Source: Octopus sinensis | Taxonomy: Eukaryota | Length of the DNA: 64,000 nucleotides | Assembly: GCF_006345805.1 (NCBI RefSeq) | Contig: NC_042998.1 | Span: 98,022,001 to 98,086,000 of the forward strand | Direction of reading: 5' to 3' | Shown here: piece by piece, positions 38,415-52,878 of the stretch | Layout of the letters: each line of letters opens with the position of its first letter | Numbering within the stretch: the stretch's first letter is position 1 | The notes under the pieces: model-generated | Seen by the model: only the letters and a program-made list of their open reading frames with translations | Databases searched by the model: none | Told to the model about the DNA's origin: nothing | Made by a program: the position numbers and the translations under genes

Positions 38415-41231
38415 CATAAGTGTGTGTGTGTGTGTGTGAGACTAGAATGCTTTATTTGAAGCTTTGTGAAGTAGATCTAGTGTTTTTGAGAGCTACAAGG
38501 CAATCAGTGTTTTTGGGGGTTTTTTTAATAATATACCAATAAACACCAAAAGAAGCTAAGCACTTCCAGTGACAACGTTAGCTTTCTAAATCAATAAAAC
38601 TTTGACAACAGAATCATTGCACTCTACTAGACAAACTATAAGAAAGGCCTAGATGTGGAGCATTTGGGATTTCCCTTAAAAGAATGTCTGTCTGGGAATC
38701 AGTTGCACACAACAACAAGGAATGCACTCTTGCCAATTGTTGATAGGGGAGCTGGCCATAATTCTTATGATACTTTAATCAGATGAGAGAGCTGTACTTC
38801 ATTTCATCACATAACATAATTGCTTGTATCAAGAAGAGTTACACAAGAAATTAATGTTTTAATGTAAAATCTAAAAATCCAGTATTCTTATCCTGATGAG
38901 GTCAGATATCTTAAGCAAAGGAAGTCATTTAAATGACAAATTACAAATGAATTGAAACCCAGTCTCCATCTCTTCAAATAAGCAACACAAGTAGCAAAAA
39001 CTCCTTCAACACAATTTCACTCAGAGAATTTAAGTAACAATGGTAATCCATTTTTTAATATAGCATGTCAGACTTCTAATTATTATGTTATAATAATACA
39101 GTGAACAATCATTTAACATTTCACTGCTTCTATTTCACATGGCAACAGCTGCAGTGTAGCTTGAATTTCATTTCAGTTCATGGTTCATTGAAATAAACAT
39201 AAAAGAAATAGCAGTTACTCATATAGCTAAATGAAATAAAATGAGAAAAATAGAAAGACAACTTTATATTTCAGCAGCAACAGTCACAAAAGTGTCAACT
39301 TTCATCAAAAGCCTTTTCACTCACAACCAACATTTTCATAAGTAACAACACAGTACAAATGTATTCTCATAAAATAACCATTTCTTTTGTGTGTGTTTTG
39401 CTCTGTGATTTTTTTTCTTTTTTGTTACTTTCATCAGATCTTAGTTCTAAGTTATGTAAATAAATAAAAAAAATACAGTCAGGTCATTACAATGTACAAA
39501 TAATACACCATCCGGCAGCTAATTTTGTAGTCTTTCTATATTGTGTAAACTGTGTTGTATGGCTACTTGTTAGCATAGAGAGTATTTCAGATGGCATGGT
39601 ACAGAGTTATGGTCACAGTGATTATGGATCCACTTATATATTCACTAATGTTGCCAATGTTCTCAAAGAAAAATAAGGACATCATAAATTTACAATGCCA
39701 CTTAATTTGTATATTAGTGGTTTTGAGCAGTGTGAAAAGCAACAGAGAAGGGACTACTAGAGAAATGGGAGTAATAGAGCATAGAGAGTAAAACTAGATG
39801 ATAGTGGAAGTGAAGGAGTGTGTTCCAAGAGTAAATTTAGGTTAGTTTATGAGAGCCAAGAAATAAAATGCTTTGAGAAGTTTAAGGCGATTGCAGTCGG
39901 GAAGATGGTACCCTTCTGCAAGCAAAGGATAATTTCAATCCTTCAACTTAGGCAAAGCATGCTGGCCAAGGAGCAAAACTTAGATACCTGCAAAAGAAAT
40001 ACAAGGATTTCCAACATTGTGATAGCTCAAGTCATCACCAGGAGAAGAGCCTGCAAATATCTTTAATTAGCTCCTGCAGTTTCTGTTCAAGGAGCAAAAC
40101 ACCTCTGATGTTCATTTAATCCACATGACATTATGTAATGTGGCTGAAATAGATATAAGAGGGAAGGAATGCACAGAAAAAGCATGAACTGTCACAGACA
40201 ACTGCCAGTGGTGTGATAAAATGCATCTAGAATACACTGTTAAGTGGCTGGTAATAAAGCATCAAGTTAAAATTCATGCCAAAAGGAGAATGAAAAGATG
40301 TTGACTCTATAAGCTATGAATAGTTAACCCAAGACAGCAATTTCAAATTGAGGCTATGAGATTAGAAAACTTAATGTTTTTATGGAATTTAACTATTTCA
40401 GTAACATCCTTGAAAATACTCAGCAGAAATGTTAGTTGCCAACTTGAACTAAATTTACATTTCCTTTAGATTAGACTTTTTCCATTAAATAATAACCAAA
40501 TACTGTGGTTGGTTTTTAAAAATAGAATCTTTTGCTCAACACAATTTAACATCACCTACTTTTAACTCTAGATATAAGTCCACAAACAGCATGTAATTAG
40601 CATAGAATATTCATTAATCACCAAATCCATAACTAGTTCCAAATCTTAAATTTCTTAGAACTTTAGCAAAAGATGATATCATCATAAAAATTCTTAAATT
40701 CACTCTGCTATGCCTCTTTTTCAAATACCGAAGATTAACAATTACTCACAAAATACAATGTTTTTTTCTAATACCAAAATACCACAGGAATTGCCATACA
40801 AATATTTTAGCATCTGTTGCTAGCATTTCAAATGGAATAAAGAAAAATTCAGATCTAATTGTTACAAGGAAATAATTATTTTTTGCAATGAAGTACTAAA
40901 ACACATTTGTGTTCATCCAATCTTAAACCATGTTCAACAAAGTATCTATTAATTATTAAGGATTTTACATTCAACTCCCAATAATAAAAGCTTTCTCTTT
41001 CTCTCTCTCTCATTGATAGTTGCAGCCTCTGTTTCATTCCCAAGAAATTAATTCAACAATTCCAACTATTTCTACATTTCAATGCTTTGACTTACTACAT
41101 TTAATCTATTTCCCAAGGTCTGACTACGAATTATGTAAAACAAGTTTCAAACAATGCACTCCTAAACTTTTGGCTTCCATTTCATATCTTTATCTTTCCA
41201 TTACATGATAGATTCACCCCCTTTTTTAAAT

Positions 41232-41233
<2 letters not shown>

Positions 41234-41290
<57 letters not shown>
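41234..41290. repeat. (GA)n microsatellite
   Basis: Direct reading. Confidence 0.95.
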
Positions 41291-41294
<4 letters not shown>

Positions 41295-44200
41295 AATGAG
41301 AGGTTAAAAGTAACTTGCTTTTATGTTATATGTTTATATATTTCCACAATGGAAATAAGTTAAATGAGAAATGCTTGAAACAAGTGATATAAAATTAAAA
41401 CATACATTTACAATTATAAATTTATTTAATTTAACAATTGCTCAGACAAGGAAAAAAGGGAAATAATTTAGGTAGCGCTTTGGTATAAAAGTTTCAAAAA
41501 TTAAGATACACCAAAAGATCCATTAAAGAAATCCCTCTTCAGTTTTAGAATGAATCCAAGTAGGTTATCTGATTAAACAAAATGCCTTCCATAGATGAAA
41601 TGAAAAAAACTCCATTATATTTCAAACAAGATAAAAAAAAAAAAAAAAAAAAAGGAAAGCCACTAACATTCCAAATTATAGTGTTCTCTCCACAATAATT
41701 TTATCATTGTCTTTTGATGTTGAACACAAACTGAAGTACTAGACCAGAAACAGTGTTTGCAATGTTTTCTACTTCTCTTTCAACTGATTTAGAACTCAAA
41801 AACAAGAACAAAATGTGTATATAGTATTAAATAAAGAATAGAATTTTTTTCAGCAAACTTTTTTTTTTTTTAATCATATATGTATTTTATGACCCACCGA
41901 CCGACCCCCACACACACACACACACACAAATTGTATTTAATAACATCTTGAATAGGTTTTTCTATTGTAAACAATATACAGTGGATCCTTTACTCTTATA
42001 TTCCTCTACATACAGTTTTTCTGAAATAACATTAAAGCAATATCTGTGGTAAAGAAGGTAGGTTTCACCACTAAATAGCTTTAATCAACAGTACAACCAG
42101 TTCTAATTACACTCATGCTACAACGATATGAAAGAACATTTTCTATTTATTGTTATATTTTGGGATGGTCTTTTTTCCTGCCAAATAAACACATGCACTA
42201 TATATTTCTTTTTCACTCATTTATTACTGTTATTATTTTAACTTTCTATGTACATTATCTGGAATACTAATTTTATATACAATGAATTTGAGGGTTTTGG
42301 GTTTTTCAACTATAAAAACCCTACGAAACACTTTAATGGTTTCCATACATCATCCTTCAAATAACCCTTGGTTTTATTATTTTTTTAAGAATCTGAAAGA
42401 TACAATGTCTTAAAGATATTCTTTTATCTTAAAATGTGTGGATGAGCTTTCATCTCTTCCTGGTAAATACAATTTTCAAATGACATATACATTCATCCTT
42501 AATTTGTTCTGGCGGATTCAGAGTGAATGAGCTAATCACTGTTGTATTTCATCTTTCAGGGACACCTTCATCCTTCAGACAATATGCATTCATAATACAC
42601 TTTATATAAGACTTTAGTTTTGTACTAATCAGTCATTATTTTGTTCTTAGACAAAACAAAATATAATGGATACATTATTAAGAAAGAGGTCAACAAGTCA
42701 ATTCTTTTTAGTATATCAGACAGTTTATGTGTGTAGGAGTATGCCTGTGTGTAAGTTTAAGTGTGTGCACGTGTAAGCATATAGCCAGGTTTTCTTCCTT
42801 CATCCTTCAGATCCTGTTGTAGCATTTTGATCATCACTTCATTTTCAAACATTTCTTTGACAACAGACAATCCCTTTTTCCATCCATTCAATTGTAGCAT
42901 TGTATCTTACAAGGAAATTTCTACTTGTTTTTTTTTTTCTTTATTCATTCATTACTCCTATTTTAAGTTATTTGATCTCCATTATGTCTTTTGCTTAACA
43001 CTTGAGAATTATACTACATACAAAACCTTGACCCCTTTATTTCATATCTCCCTGTAACTATTTTCCTTATAATTACACCAAACACAAAAACAAATTTGCA
43101 TTATAATTGGTTTTGTATCCAATTTTTCATGCTTATATAGGCTGAACCAATCCACAATACGACGAGAAGGCTATAAGCTAGCCTTTTCCACTCAAAAACC
43201 AATTTGAATCATTGTTTTAATGTCCACTTTTCTATGCTTGCATACACACCAAGTTTATTGAGGCAGCTTTTCTACAGTTGGATGCCTTGTGTAATACTAA
43301 TCCAAAACTTAGGCTCAAGACCAAAAAGTTCATCTAAAAAATTACTGATTATGTGCTATAGTTGTATCTTTCTCAAAAGTATTGGTACATAAATGAATGG
43401 ATATCAACTAGAAAACAAAACTACATCATAAACCTGGTTTGGACAGAAGCATACTTCTACTTACTGAGTGCTTCATATTTATTATCCATAAGAAATAATT
43501 GAGTCTTTACAAGAATTGTTTGTGTTATTTTCACTATAAGGCTATCATTTATTTAACAATCTTAAATTATAAAACACTATGAAGAAAATGCCTCCATTAA
43601 TCTACACAATTGTAGCATAACAACAACCAACACAATTTTCTACCATAATTATCTGTGACATATGCAAGTTTTTACAGTTAAGTAAAAAATACAATGATCC
43701 TCCTCCACTTATTCTTTAATTTCTCATTAACATTAATGAATAACTGATGAGCAATCTTTTAGGCATTACCTGAATTTCACGCAATAGCTGGTAATATTGT
43801 TACTATTCAGCAATATTCCCCATTCCATCTATTAACCATTCATCTCTGCTTATAACTGCAAATTCTGCAACCACTATAGTGTAACTGCTATTACATGTTG
43901 CATTCACCTCACTTTCTATCATTCTTGAACTTTGCTTTTTTTCATGTACTTTTTAACTACATTTAGAAAATACACGAAACGTATTACTCTAATACTCTAT
44001 GCAAATGTGCAAATTTACAATTCTATATGCAAAATACATTATGAAAAAGACTGGACAAAGTTATTATAAAACATCATATTAATCAAACAGATAATGGACA
44101 ATTCAAATGCAGCAGGTAATGGACAAATACAATAAACAGTGGTTTTGGAGTACAATGTTTGTTAGAGACCAAAATCTAATGGCTTAAAACCAATTGCATG

Positions 44201-44868
44201 GTCATTCAAAAGATTATTTTCACCAAGAAACAATTCCCACCATCTTACAAATGAACAACTTGCACAGTTTAATCTTCCTATTATCTTTCTTAGCTGCACC
44301 AGTTTTTCGTGTAAATAGCAGTTGCTTTAAATCACTAAATAAAACCTGGTATTTGACTGAAAAATCCTACAACTTATTAAGTATTATTCATGTTGGTAGC
44401 AACTATTCTATTTTATATCTACAGATGCTATCATTTCTGTAAGATACTAGAAAAATAATTCTGATAAGGATGTCATATATATAAAACCTTGGGTTAAATT
44501 AGATTTAAATATAACATTGACTTCTAAATTAATTTCTTCAAAGTGGTGATTTTCTTCATTGTAATAATAATAGTTCCAATTTGCCAAGATACTAAATTTT
44601 ATAATTCCTTCTAAAACAAGCATCAAGTATACAACAACAACACCTACTTAACTGGTACTCATGGAAAGATTGTGTAAATGGGCTTGTTTTGCTGCTAGAG
44701 ATATTAAAGAGGAAACATCTAATATTTTCTCACACCTACAGAATGCTTCTAAAACATTACTTTAAATGCCAAGGAAAATAGACACAGATGCTTTTAATAA
44801 TAGATTTAGACAATAAAGACTAAAATACACCTGCAAGTAAACACATGCCATTTAATGTGTGTGCACTT

Positions 44869-44912
<44 letters not shown>

Positions 44913-45499
44913 GAGTAAATCTAAGGCTATTAAATACAATATAATAATTTATTTACTGTCCTTTCTCTATAAACCATCAGCAACACCAACGCTATCAGTC
45001 ATTATGGCTGTACTTTGAAAGGAGAATTACAATAATATGCAGAGTTTGTTTCATAGTTCTAAAAACAGTTCAGTAACAAGGGTTACTGATTAACCTAGAG
45101 TTTCTGTACTCATGCAAAGTGTCTGATTCAGGACCAACATATATACAGCCCATTCAGAGATTAATTATTTGGAGTATAGGGTAGCAGTTGTGTATATTTT
45201 ATCGTTCACATTTTATTCAAATGCCTTGTGGTTATTGTAATGAACAGGGGTAAGTGTGCAGGAGTCCCATTTCTTTTAATATTGTTAGAAGTAGCTGACA
45301 ACATTCAGCCCAAAAGTTTAGACTAAGTGAAGCAGTTGACATTGCAGTTATTTTGATATATAAAAGTTATTTTCATCTGTATCATATGGGGAAAAAATAG
45401 CTATTTTACTATGATGTTTTAGCAAATAGTTTGGGTGTTACTAATATTTCTAGTATCTGTGGGTGGTGAAACATGTAAATGCTAATACTATGTGAGTAG

Positions 45500-45678
45500 G
45501 AGCAGAGGGCAGTCATTAACTTCCTCACTCCTATCGGCTGCATAAACCCGCGATATACTAAGGAGTCCAGGATATAAATTTACATATATTAGCCAGAAAA
45601 ATCTGTAACGTACTGTGTGATAGTTGAACCGCAATGTACTGAGTGCGCAATAGATGAACTGCAATATGGTGAGGGATT

Positions 45679-45690
<12 letters not shown>
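45500..45690. mobile_element. Degenerate Tigger-type MITE fragment
   Basis: Right end ...GATGAACTGCAATATGGTGAGGGATTACT resembles the TIR of the 10497 MITE (GGGATTACTGTA); left end not clearly resolved. Confidence 0.4.

Positions 45691-45768
<78 letters not shown>
45684..45768. repeat. Compound (GT)n-(TA)n-(CA)n microsatellite
   Basis: Direct reading. Confidence 0.95.
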
Positions 45769-47150
45769 TGATGGGCTTTTCAGTTTCTGTCTACCAAACC
45801 CAATCACAAGCTTTAAGTCTTTATTAACTGCATACCACACAAACTTTTACCCAATCAAGTTCATTATATGATTTTTGGCTTGACTAAATTAAGGTGTACA
45901 TATAGTGTTGAATTTGTGGATTACCAAACTTAATTGACTAGAAAAAAAAAATGAGGAAAAAAACTGACCAACTACCATTAAACTAATCTCCAAATATTTA
46001 AATTGAAAGAGAATATCAGATCCTTAGCTGACATATCTGTTATCAACTTCAGAGATATAATTATCTTACTCTAAAGATAATATTTAGACCTATTTTTTAT
46101 GAAAATTATTCCCAACTGGGGAAATAATGCAAGAGTGACACAAATACCTACAAAAGCAACAAGAGCATATTACTATGCTAATATAGCAAAAATATATCAC
46201 ATTGCAAACCTGAAAAGTCACACAATTATTGCTTATAGTCATATTCATAAATATACAAATCTTTTCTTATATATACATAATTAACAGGATTAAAAGTTTC
46301 AATTATGAAGAGTTTTCTAATATACCCAATGATAAAATAACACAATTTCTGATTTTATAAGCTTTAAAGAGTATTTTCAAATTTCATAGTAAAATTAACA
46401 AGTAAAGACAGACAACACTTGTTAATGAAGTTCTTTCAAGCAATGAATTTGTCTAATCAAATTGAAAGAACCCATGCTATAAAATCTTGTGCCATCAAAT
46501 TAAATATTCATCATGAATAAGAACAAAGCTTATCAAATTTAAGTACTTTCTAGTCATGTTTAATAGTCCTCTATGATAAGAGTCATAAATTTAGAACACT
46601 CTGCACCAAATAAAATTTGAATACAGCCAAAACTCTTAGAAAACAAATGCTTTTGTGTTTATTCATTCACCCATCCCACCAATAGAGTGTAGATTAAGTG
46701 GGAGGTAATTTCAATGTTTAGATATTCTGTTAAAAGCTAATAAAAGACTGATAAAATATCATTAAGTTTTGTGAAGACAGAAGACTGCAATAATGTTTAG
46801 TGGGATTTTTTTATAGGTGAAACAGTTCAGTTTAATTCCATTTCTCAAATAATCAATGATGAACTCACACATGTAAAGGAGCTAATTCTGAGATACGTCA
46901 TACTCAATCTAACTGAAATAGTTCAAACTATATACTATAACAGGAAATACATTTACAAGCAGACATTAGTCAATGTAAGAGGCACAACTATAGTTGTTTT
47001 GTTGCTGTTCAGCACTAAATCAACTTGCAATTGTTTCAGTCTTCACTATTCAGTGTTAAAATCAGACAGTGTATTTATGATCATATAATCCAATGTCTTT
47101 ACAGGTCTTTCTTTTCTACTACCATACTACCATACTACAAATGTCATTTG

Positions 47151-47189
<39 letters not shown>

Positions 47190-47631
47190 ACACAAACACA
47201 CATTACTACATTACATTCATTATTTGCTTATGGTCGTCCATTGAATTCCATGATGCTCATCTTCTCCCTCAATTGTGGAACTTTTGATGACTGTACCTCT
47301 CAAAAAGAAAAGTAACAGAGGATACAGCCTCAGAGACAAGTTGGTAATTGTAACAGCTATTCCGTGAGTTACAGCAACCATAAATCTTCAGAAGCAAGAA
47401 ACCTACAGAAGTGGTAGTGTTTCGTCACCAGAGACACACACAATGCTCTAACTATTGTTGACATCCAAGATCCATACTGTCAGAGTGGCACCAGTACAAT
47501 GAAGCTTTATACTGTAATTGGGGATATGTATTACTACTTGTTGTGAAAGAGAGCAAGGAAAACACAAGACAACTGGTGTTGCCTCCCAGCTGCAGGCACT
47601 GGCTGGGAAATCCAGTCTATTAGAAACTGCT

Positions 47632-48727
47632 TTAACCCTTTCGTTACTATATTTCTGACCAAAATACACCTCTTATGTGTTTCAATTAATTTCTAACATA
47701 ATCATAAATTTAGTCTGGTTTCATTAAACAACTATAACTTTTTTATTTATCAATATATTAATGTGATTTTTGGAAGATAATTTAATGAAATGTTCTCAAC
47801 CAATTCTATACTATAATTTTTGTCACAAAGTGACTCTAATTGCAGGTAGATACAGGTAAATTCAACAAAATATAAAATTATTAAAATTTTGTTCAAACAT
47901 CGCTATAGAAAATGGGTTATTAGCTAATATTCAATTGGGTATACAACAAAATTTTACGATAGAATTTGTTATTCTGGGTAACTTTCTGATACCCATAATA
48001 ATATTTATGGCAAAATAGTCTTAATTTCATTTAAGGTTGTGGGAAACCACTAACTATCCTTTCTTTCGCTTTGTTTACATTTAGCATAACGGTTCGTTTC
48101 CGCCGTAATGATTTCAAATAGGCTCATTCGAAAAAGTAAAAAGAAATAGTCTAAGGCTTTACTCTCCTGGGAAAGTCTGTGGCTTGGTCCAGTTTCTTCA
48201 GAAAAATCACCAAAAGAAACAGTTTTTAAATTTTCACTCCATTCAGGTGCCAATTCAATTTCTTTATCGCTGTCGGAGCTCTCGGATTCACTGTTTTCAC
48301 TTTCGGAAAATCAAACATCAGATTCATTATCAAATACCACGTACTTTTTTTTTTTTCAGTCATAGAGTTAGATTTATCAAGGTCTTCAGTAGAAAATCCT
48401 TCGAATTCTGACTCGCTGCTTGATATAATGAAATTCGTATCCATTTTTTGTCAAAATTACAAATTTTGAAAACACAATAGGAACAAATTTCGGGAAAAAA
48501 TCTCCCAAAATTCACGGAATTAAAATTACACTTCGATTATTGTACAAAACTGTAGATGAACTGTTTACAAAGTATAATACGTGTTTTCACGAATGTACTA
48601 AAGAGATTTGCTCTGATATTCTCATTTAAATATGAATAGGTAAATATGGGCGGGTTTGGTAAGTTTGGTCACATTAACCAAAATCTTTTTCGGGCGGCTT
48701 TGGGCGGTTTGGTAATGAAAGGGTTAA
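47632..48727 (-). mobile_element. piggyBac internal-deletion derivative (1088 bp plus TTAA TSDs)
   Basis: TTAA at 47632-47635 and 48724-48727; TIR CCCTTTCGTTAC versus CCCTTTCATTAC; subterminal GGGCGG(G/T)TTTGG repeats. Minus-strand remnant has an acidic N-terminus (MDTNFIISSSESEFEGFSTEDLD) and ALDYFFLLF...EIITAETNRYA, typical of piggyBac/PGBD N-terminal regions. Confidence 0.92.
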
Positions 48728-49554
48728 AGCTGACCACAGTAAGATTTTCTCTTGGGATATTCACCCCTAGCCTTTGTCTTCCAGACTCACAAATCATCAT
48801 ACACACAATTTGACAGCTATTCCTAACCGGTCAAGCAACTATATAAAAACTCCTACAGTACTGCATAATAATTATTGTATGTCAATAGACAGGAGAAACT
48901 TATCAATCCACATGAAACTTTCTATTCATAGTTAGAGCTATTATTTTACCTTTGAGTATCCGTCAGCAGTTTGCATAGATTTTTGGTAAGTCTGCCATAA
49001 AGCTGTAAGTGGTGATTTGTGAAGTCATTTACTTTGCAATTAATGATAATACCTAATTGTTTGATGGCTTTCCAGAGTTGATTTTTTTTTTTTTTTTTTC
49101 ATGACAGTTACAAGCCTTGCTTTCAATAGAAATTAAAAGAATGTAAGACTATCAACCATAAATTCCTTCCTTTCCATTAAATCATTCAAACTACATTGCT
49201 GCATGAATACTTTACTATCAAGGTTGTAAATACTCTTCTCCAAGATGATCTGAAATCATTTGAGGGTAAACCCACAAGTACAATACAAAGTTGCTAGTTA
49301 TCCCTTCTGTCTTAAATCTAATAAATTATCATAAATCCTTAATAAACACCAATTAGAGGTAGGCATTCTGATGTCACAGCTAAGATTCCCATTTTGATTC
49401 TTCATTGGAATTACTGGGAAAAGTATTAAAACTATGAAGTCCCTCTCCTAATAAATAGGATATTACATTGAAGAAAACAAGAAAAGTTTAATTTTTTGAG
49501 AAGCATATAAGGGCTAAGTGCCACACTACAGACCCAATGTTTATGCATTTACAC

Positions 49555-49695
49555 TTCCATTCAAAAGTACAGGAAGCTGTTAGCTGCAGGATATTTCATG
49601 TATGAAAACAAGGAAATGGTTCATATTTCTATTTTGCTAAAGAGAAACAAACATCTCAGGTGAAATTTTTAACAAGTAACATGTAAATAGCTAAA
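49555..49695 (+). repeat. 141-bp direct repeat, copy 1 (copy 2 at 52738-52878)
   Basis: 139/141 identical to 52738-52878. Confidence 0.95.
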
Positions 49696-50057
49696 AAGAG
49701 GAAAACACTATGCTGTACCCAGGCAAGACAATTCTGTATGCTTTATTGGCAACTGTGTTTACTTCCATTCCTCAGCTGATTATTAATAGAAACAGCATCC
49801 CAGTATAAAACAATTTCCACAACAAAACAACTCATCACACCCATGCAAGCAGAGAAAGACAAATGTAAAGCAGCAAATACAATAAAAAAGCCCTCAAATG
49901 TCAACTTTTAAAATGCAAAAATTTTCAAAATATTATTACAACTACTTGATTCTAAAAGTGAGAATACTCCATTAAATGTGGGTGTTGCTGCATAATTAAC
50001 CCTTTGTTGTAAAAATTTGAAATAGTTTATATGAAGTATGAAAAGAAAAGCTACTTA

Positions 50058-50378
<321 letters not shown>

Positions 50379-50609
50379 TTACAGATTGAAACAGTTTCAT
50401 TAAAATCTTCCACAATATCAAAATTTTATTTAGAAAGAAAAAAAGAATAATAATTAGTTTGGACTGTTAACTGTAAGCCTTAGAGAGTGATCTATTTAAA
50501 TGTTCACTTTGGTTTGTGAGATGTTTACAGAATCATTTAGTATAATGGGTCAACTAAAGCCTTGGGAGTGGAATTTGGTAGATGGTGTATATATGTATAT
50601 ATGGTGACT

Positions 50610-50683
50610 GATAAATTCCACCATAGGTAAATTCCACCACGGTATATTCTGCCATGGTAAATTTCACCATAGGTGAAATTATC
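50610..50683 (+). repeat. Short tandem repeat, 15-16-bp unit GGTAAATTCCACCAT, about 4.5 copies
   Basis: Units at about 50610, 50626, 50641, 50656 and 50672; an inverted partial copy GTGGAATTT at about 50567 suggests a transposon subterminal array. Confidence 0.75.
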
Positions 50684-52737
50684 ATTGTTATTATTATCAT
50701 CAGCATTATTATTATATTACATGGGTTACGATAGGAAATGAAAAAAGAATGGATAAAAAATAATATCATTAATGTCAATGAATACAAAAAGTATTGGGGA
50801 GAAAAAAATAATTATGGAATAATCACACAAAGAAAATACATGGTGAATACTTGAAAGGTCTGAAAGAGGAAGCAGTATCAAAAAGAGACTCATTGAAATT
50901 TAGGTAGGCAGAGAGACATAGATGTGTGTGTTTACGTCTCCTTATCTCAACATTGGATGATAGTTGTAAAATGATTGTCACAGTCGTACAAACAGAATTA
51001 TTTATTTTCAATATTCAGCAAGAACATAACTAGCCATGGGGAAATATCTAGTTTGGAGGCAGACAAAAGTTGGCACCAGGAAGAGCATCCAGTCATAGAA
51101 AATCTGCCAGAATATACTGTGTCACTCCACAAAAGGATGGAAAAAATGAATGTGCATAGATTTCCATATCTATTCTCAAACCTTACAAAGTGTCACTGGT
51201 GATATATAAAGTGTGCCACATACAATATCAGTGATGGAGATTTATGTTGACACCCTAAGTCTTGAAAGCTTAATATCAACTAAAAGCAGCTAGTCTATCA
51301 AACTAATGCATGCACATGCATACTCTCTGTTTGATAAGTTAACAAGATTCATATTATTTGGACCATCTTCATAACCTAATTCATTTTCCAGTTTTAAAAT
51401 GTTATAGGTTTAAAAAGTTGTCAAGCTTAAATTTAAAATAAAAAGGAAAAATTATGTGAATAAATATCAAATGTCATTATAGTAACAGATATCTTTTTCT
51501 AGAAGTTAACGACAATTTTTATAAAGTTGCAGAACTCACAATTCTGTTTAAGTAGTTTGCAGAGAAGACAATTAAAACGTGTGTATAAAAACACATATCT
51601 AAAATTATAGTAATTAATTTTATTTCAGTTAGTTCAGCTTTTCTTTTTGTTATGTATTTACATTTATTTTGTGTTACTTTATGGGTTAATGTTAAAGGAA
51701 TAAAATTAATTTGAGAGTTCAACAGATGCAAGATTTTTAATTAATATTGACTTAGAAATGAATAAAAAATGTCACTGATAAACTGACATAAACTACCAAT
51801 ATTTTAATTAATATTGAACATCTTGTTGGCACTGTACCAACCCTAAATATAGATATTCCATCTCTTAAGTTAATTACAATAGAATACACTACAGAAATTA
51901 CTTGGCAGATGTTTATTCAGGAAATAAATGTACTAGAAGTTCCTCCCAAATATAAACAAACTTGTATAATATAAGCAATCTTCTTACAGCACAATTGCTG
52001 TAATGTATACAAATACATATTGTACAACATTTTAAGTTCTTTACTTTCAAGAGTAAAGTAAAAATGTCCCAGTAATAAAATGTTAAACTTTATGGCTAAG
52101 GCTGCTGCATCTCACAGTCTTGCTGTAATTTAGTTTATTGCTGGTTGTAAATAGTAGAACTTCAGCAGAATAAATATTTAACTATCATGGAATCTCATGG
52201 GTTCAAACAAATTTTCTTCAATCAAAATGTCATGTGATGACAGATGACAACATTTAAAAAAACAAAATCATATACAGGTAAGTATTTGTAGGATAACCAG
52301 TCACATTTCAGTTGCACCTGTATCAAAACTTAACAAATTCAACTATTCTTTATTAGCTGAAGCGGGGACGCAGAAAAGCTTACATAACACATGAAAGTTC
52401 TTAAAAGTACCAAACTAAATGCACAGAAGTAGTTAGTTTGAAGCCGAAACTAACTTTTTTCAACAAAACAAGTATCAAAAGTATACAAAGATCAATTCAA
52501 TAAACTATATCTTCACACTACAAAAATTGGCTATTTGGCTACAAAAGAAATCAATAATTTTGAATATGTAAGGTTCAGCAAAGCAAAGATATTTAACTGA
52601 GAATTAGAACCTTGGAACCTAAAGAGTAAAATAAATGCTGAACTGATACATAGGAAAAGACAAATACAAAATATACAATAAAAATGAAGACTAATTTGAA
52701 TTACTAGAGGCTCAGATTTAGAATATAAGAATTAAAA

Positions 52738-52878
52738 TTCCATTCAAAAGCACAGGAAGCTGTTAGCTGCAGGATATTTCATGTATGAAAACAAGGAAAT
52801 GGTTCATATTTCTACTTTGCTAAAGAGAAACAAACATCTCAGGTGAAATTTTTAACAAGTAACATGTAAATAGCTAAA
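52738..52878 (+). repeat. 141-bp direct repeat, copy 2
   Basis: 139/141 identical to 49555-49695. Confidence 0.95.

Noticed and set aside
38880-38960. CTGATGAG at about 38893 as a hammerhead
   Set aside because: No stem II or appropriately spaced GAAA.
47300-48800. Very old RTE remnant interrupted by the piggyBac (KG..VNI..K.KIL-like codons at about 48740-48790)
   Set aside because: Needs several frameshifts to read; cannot be supported without alignment.
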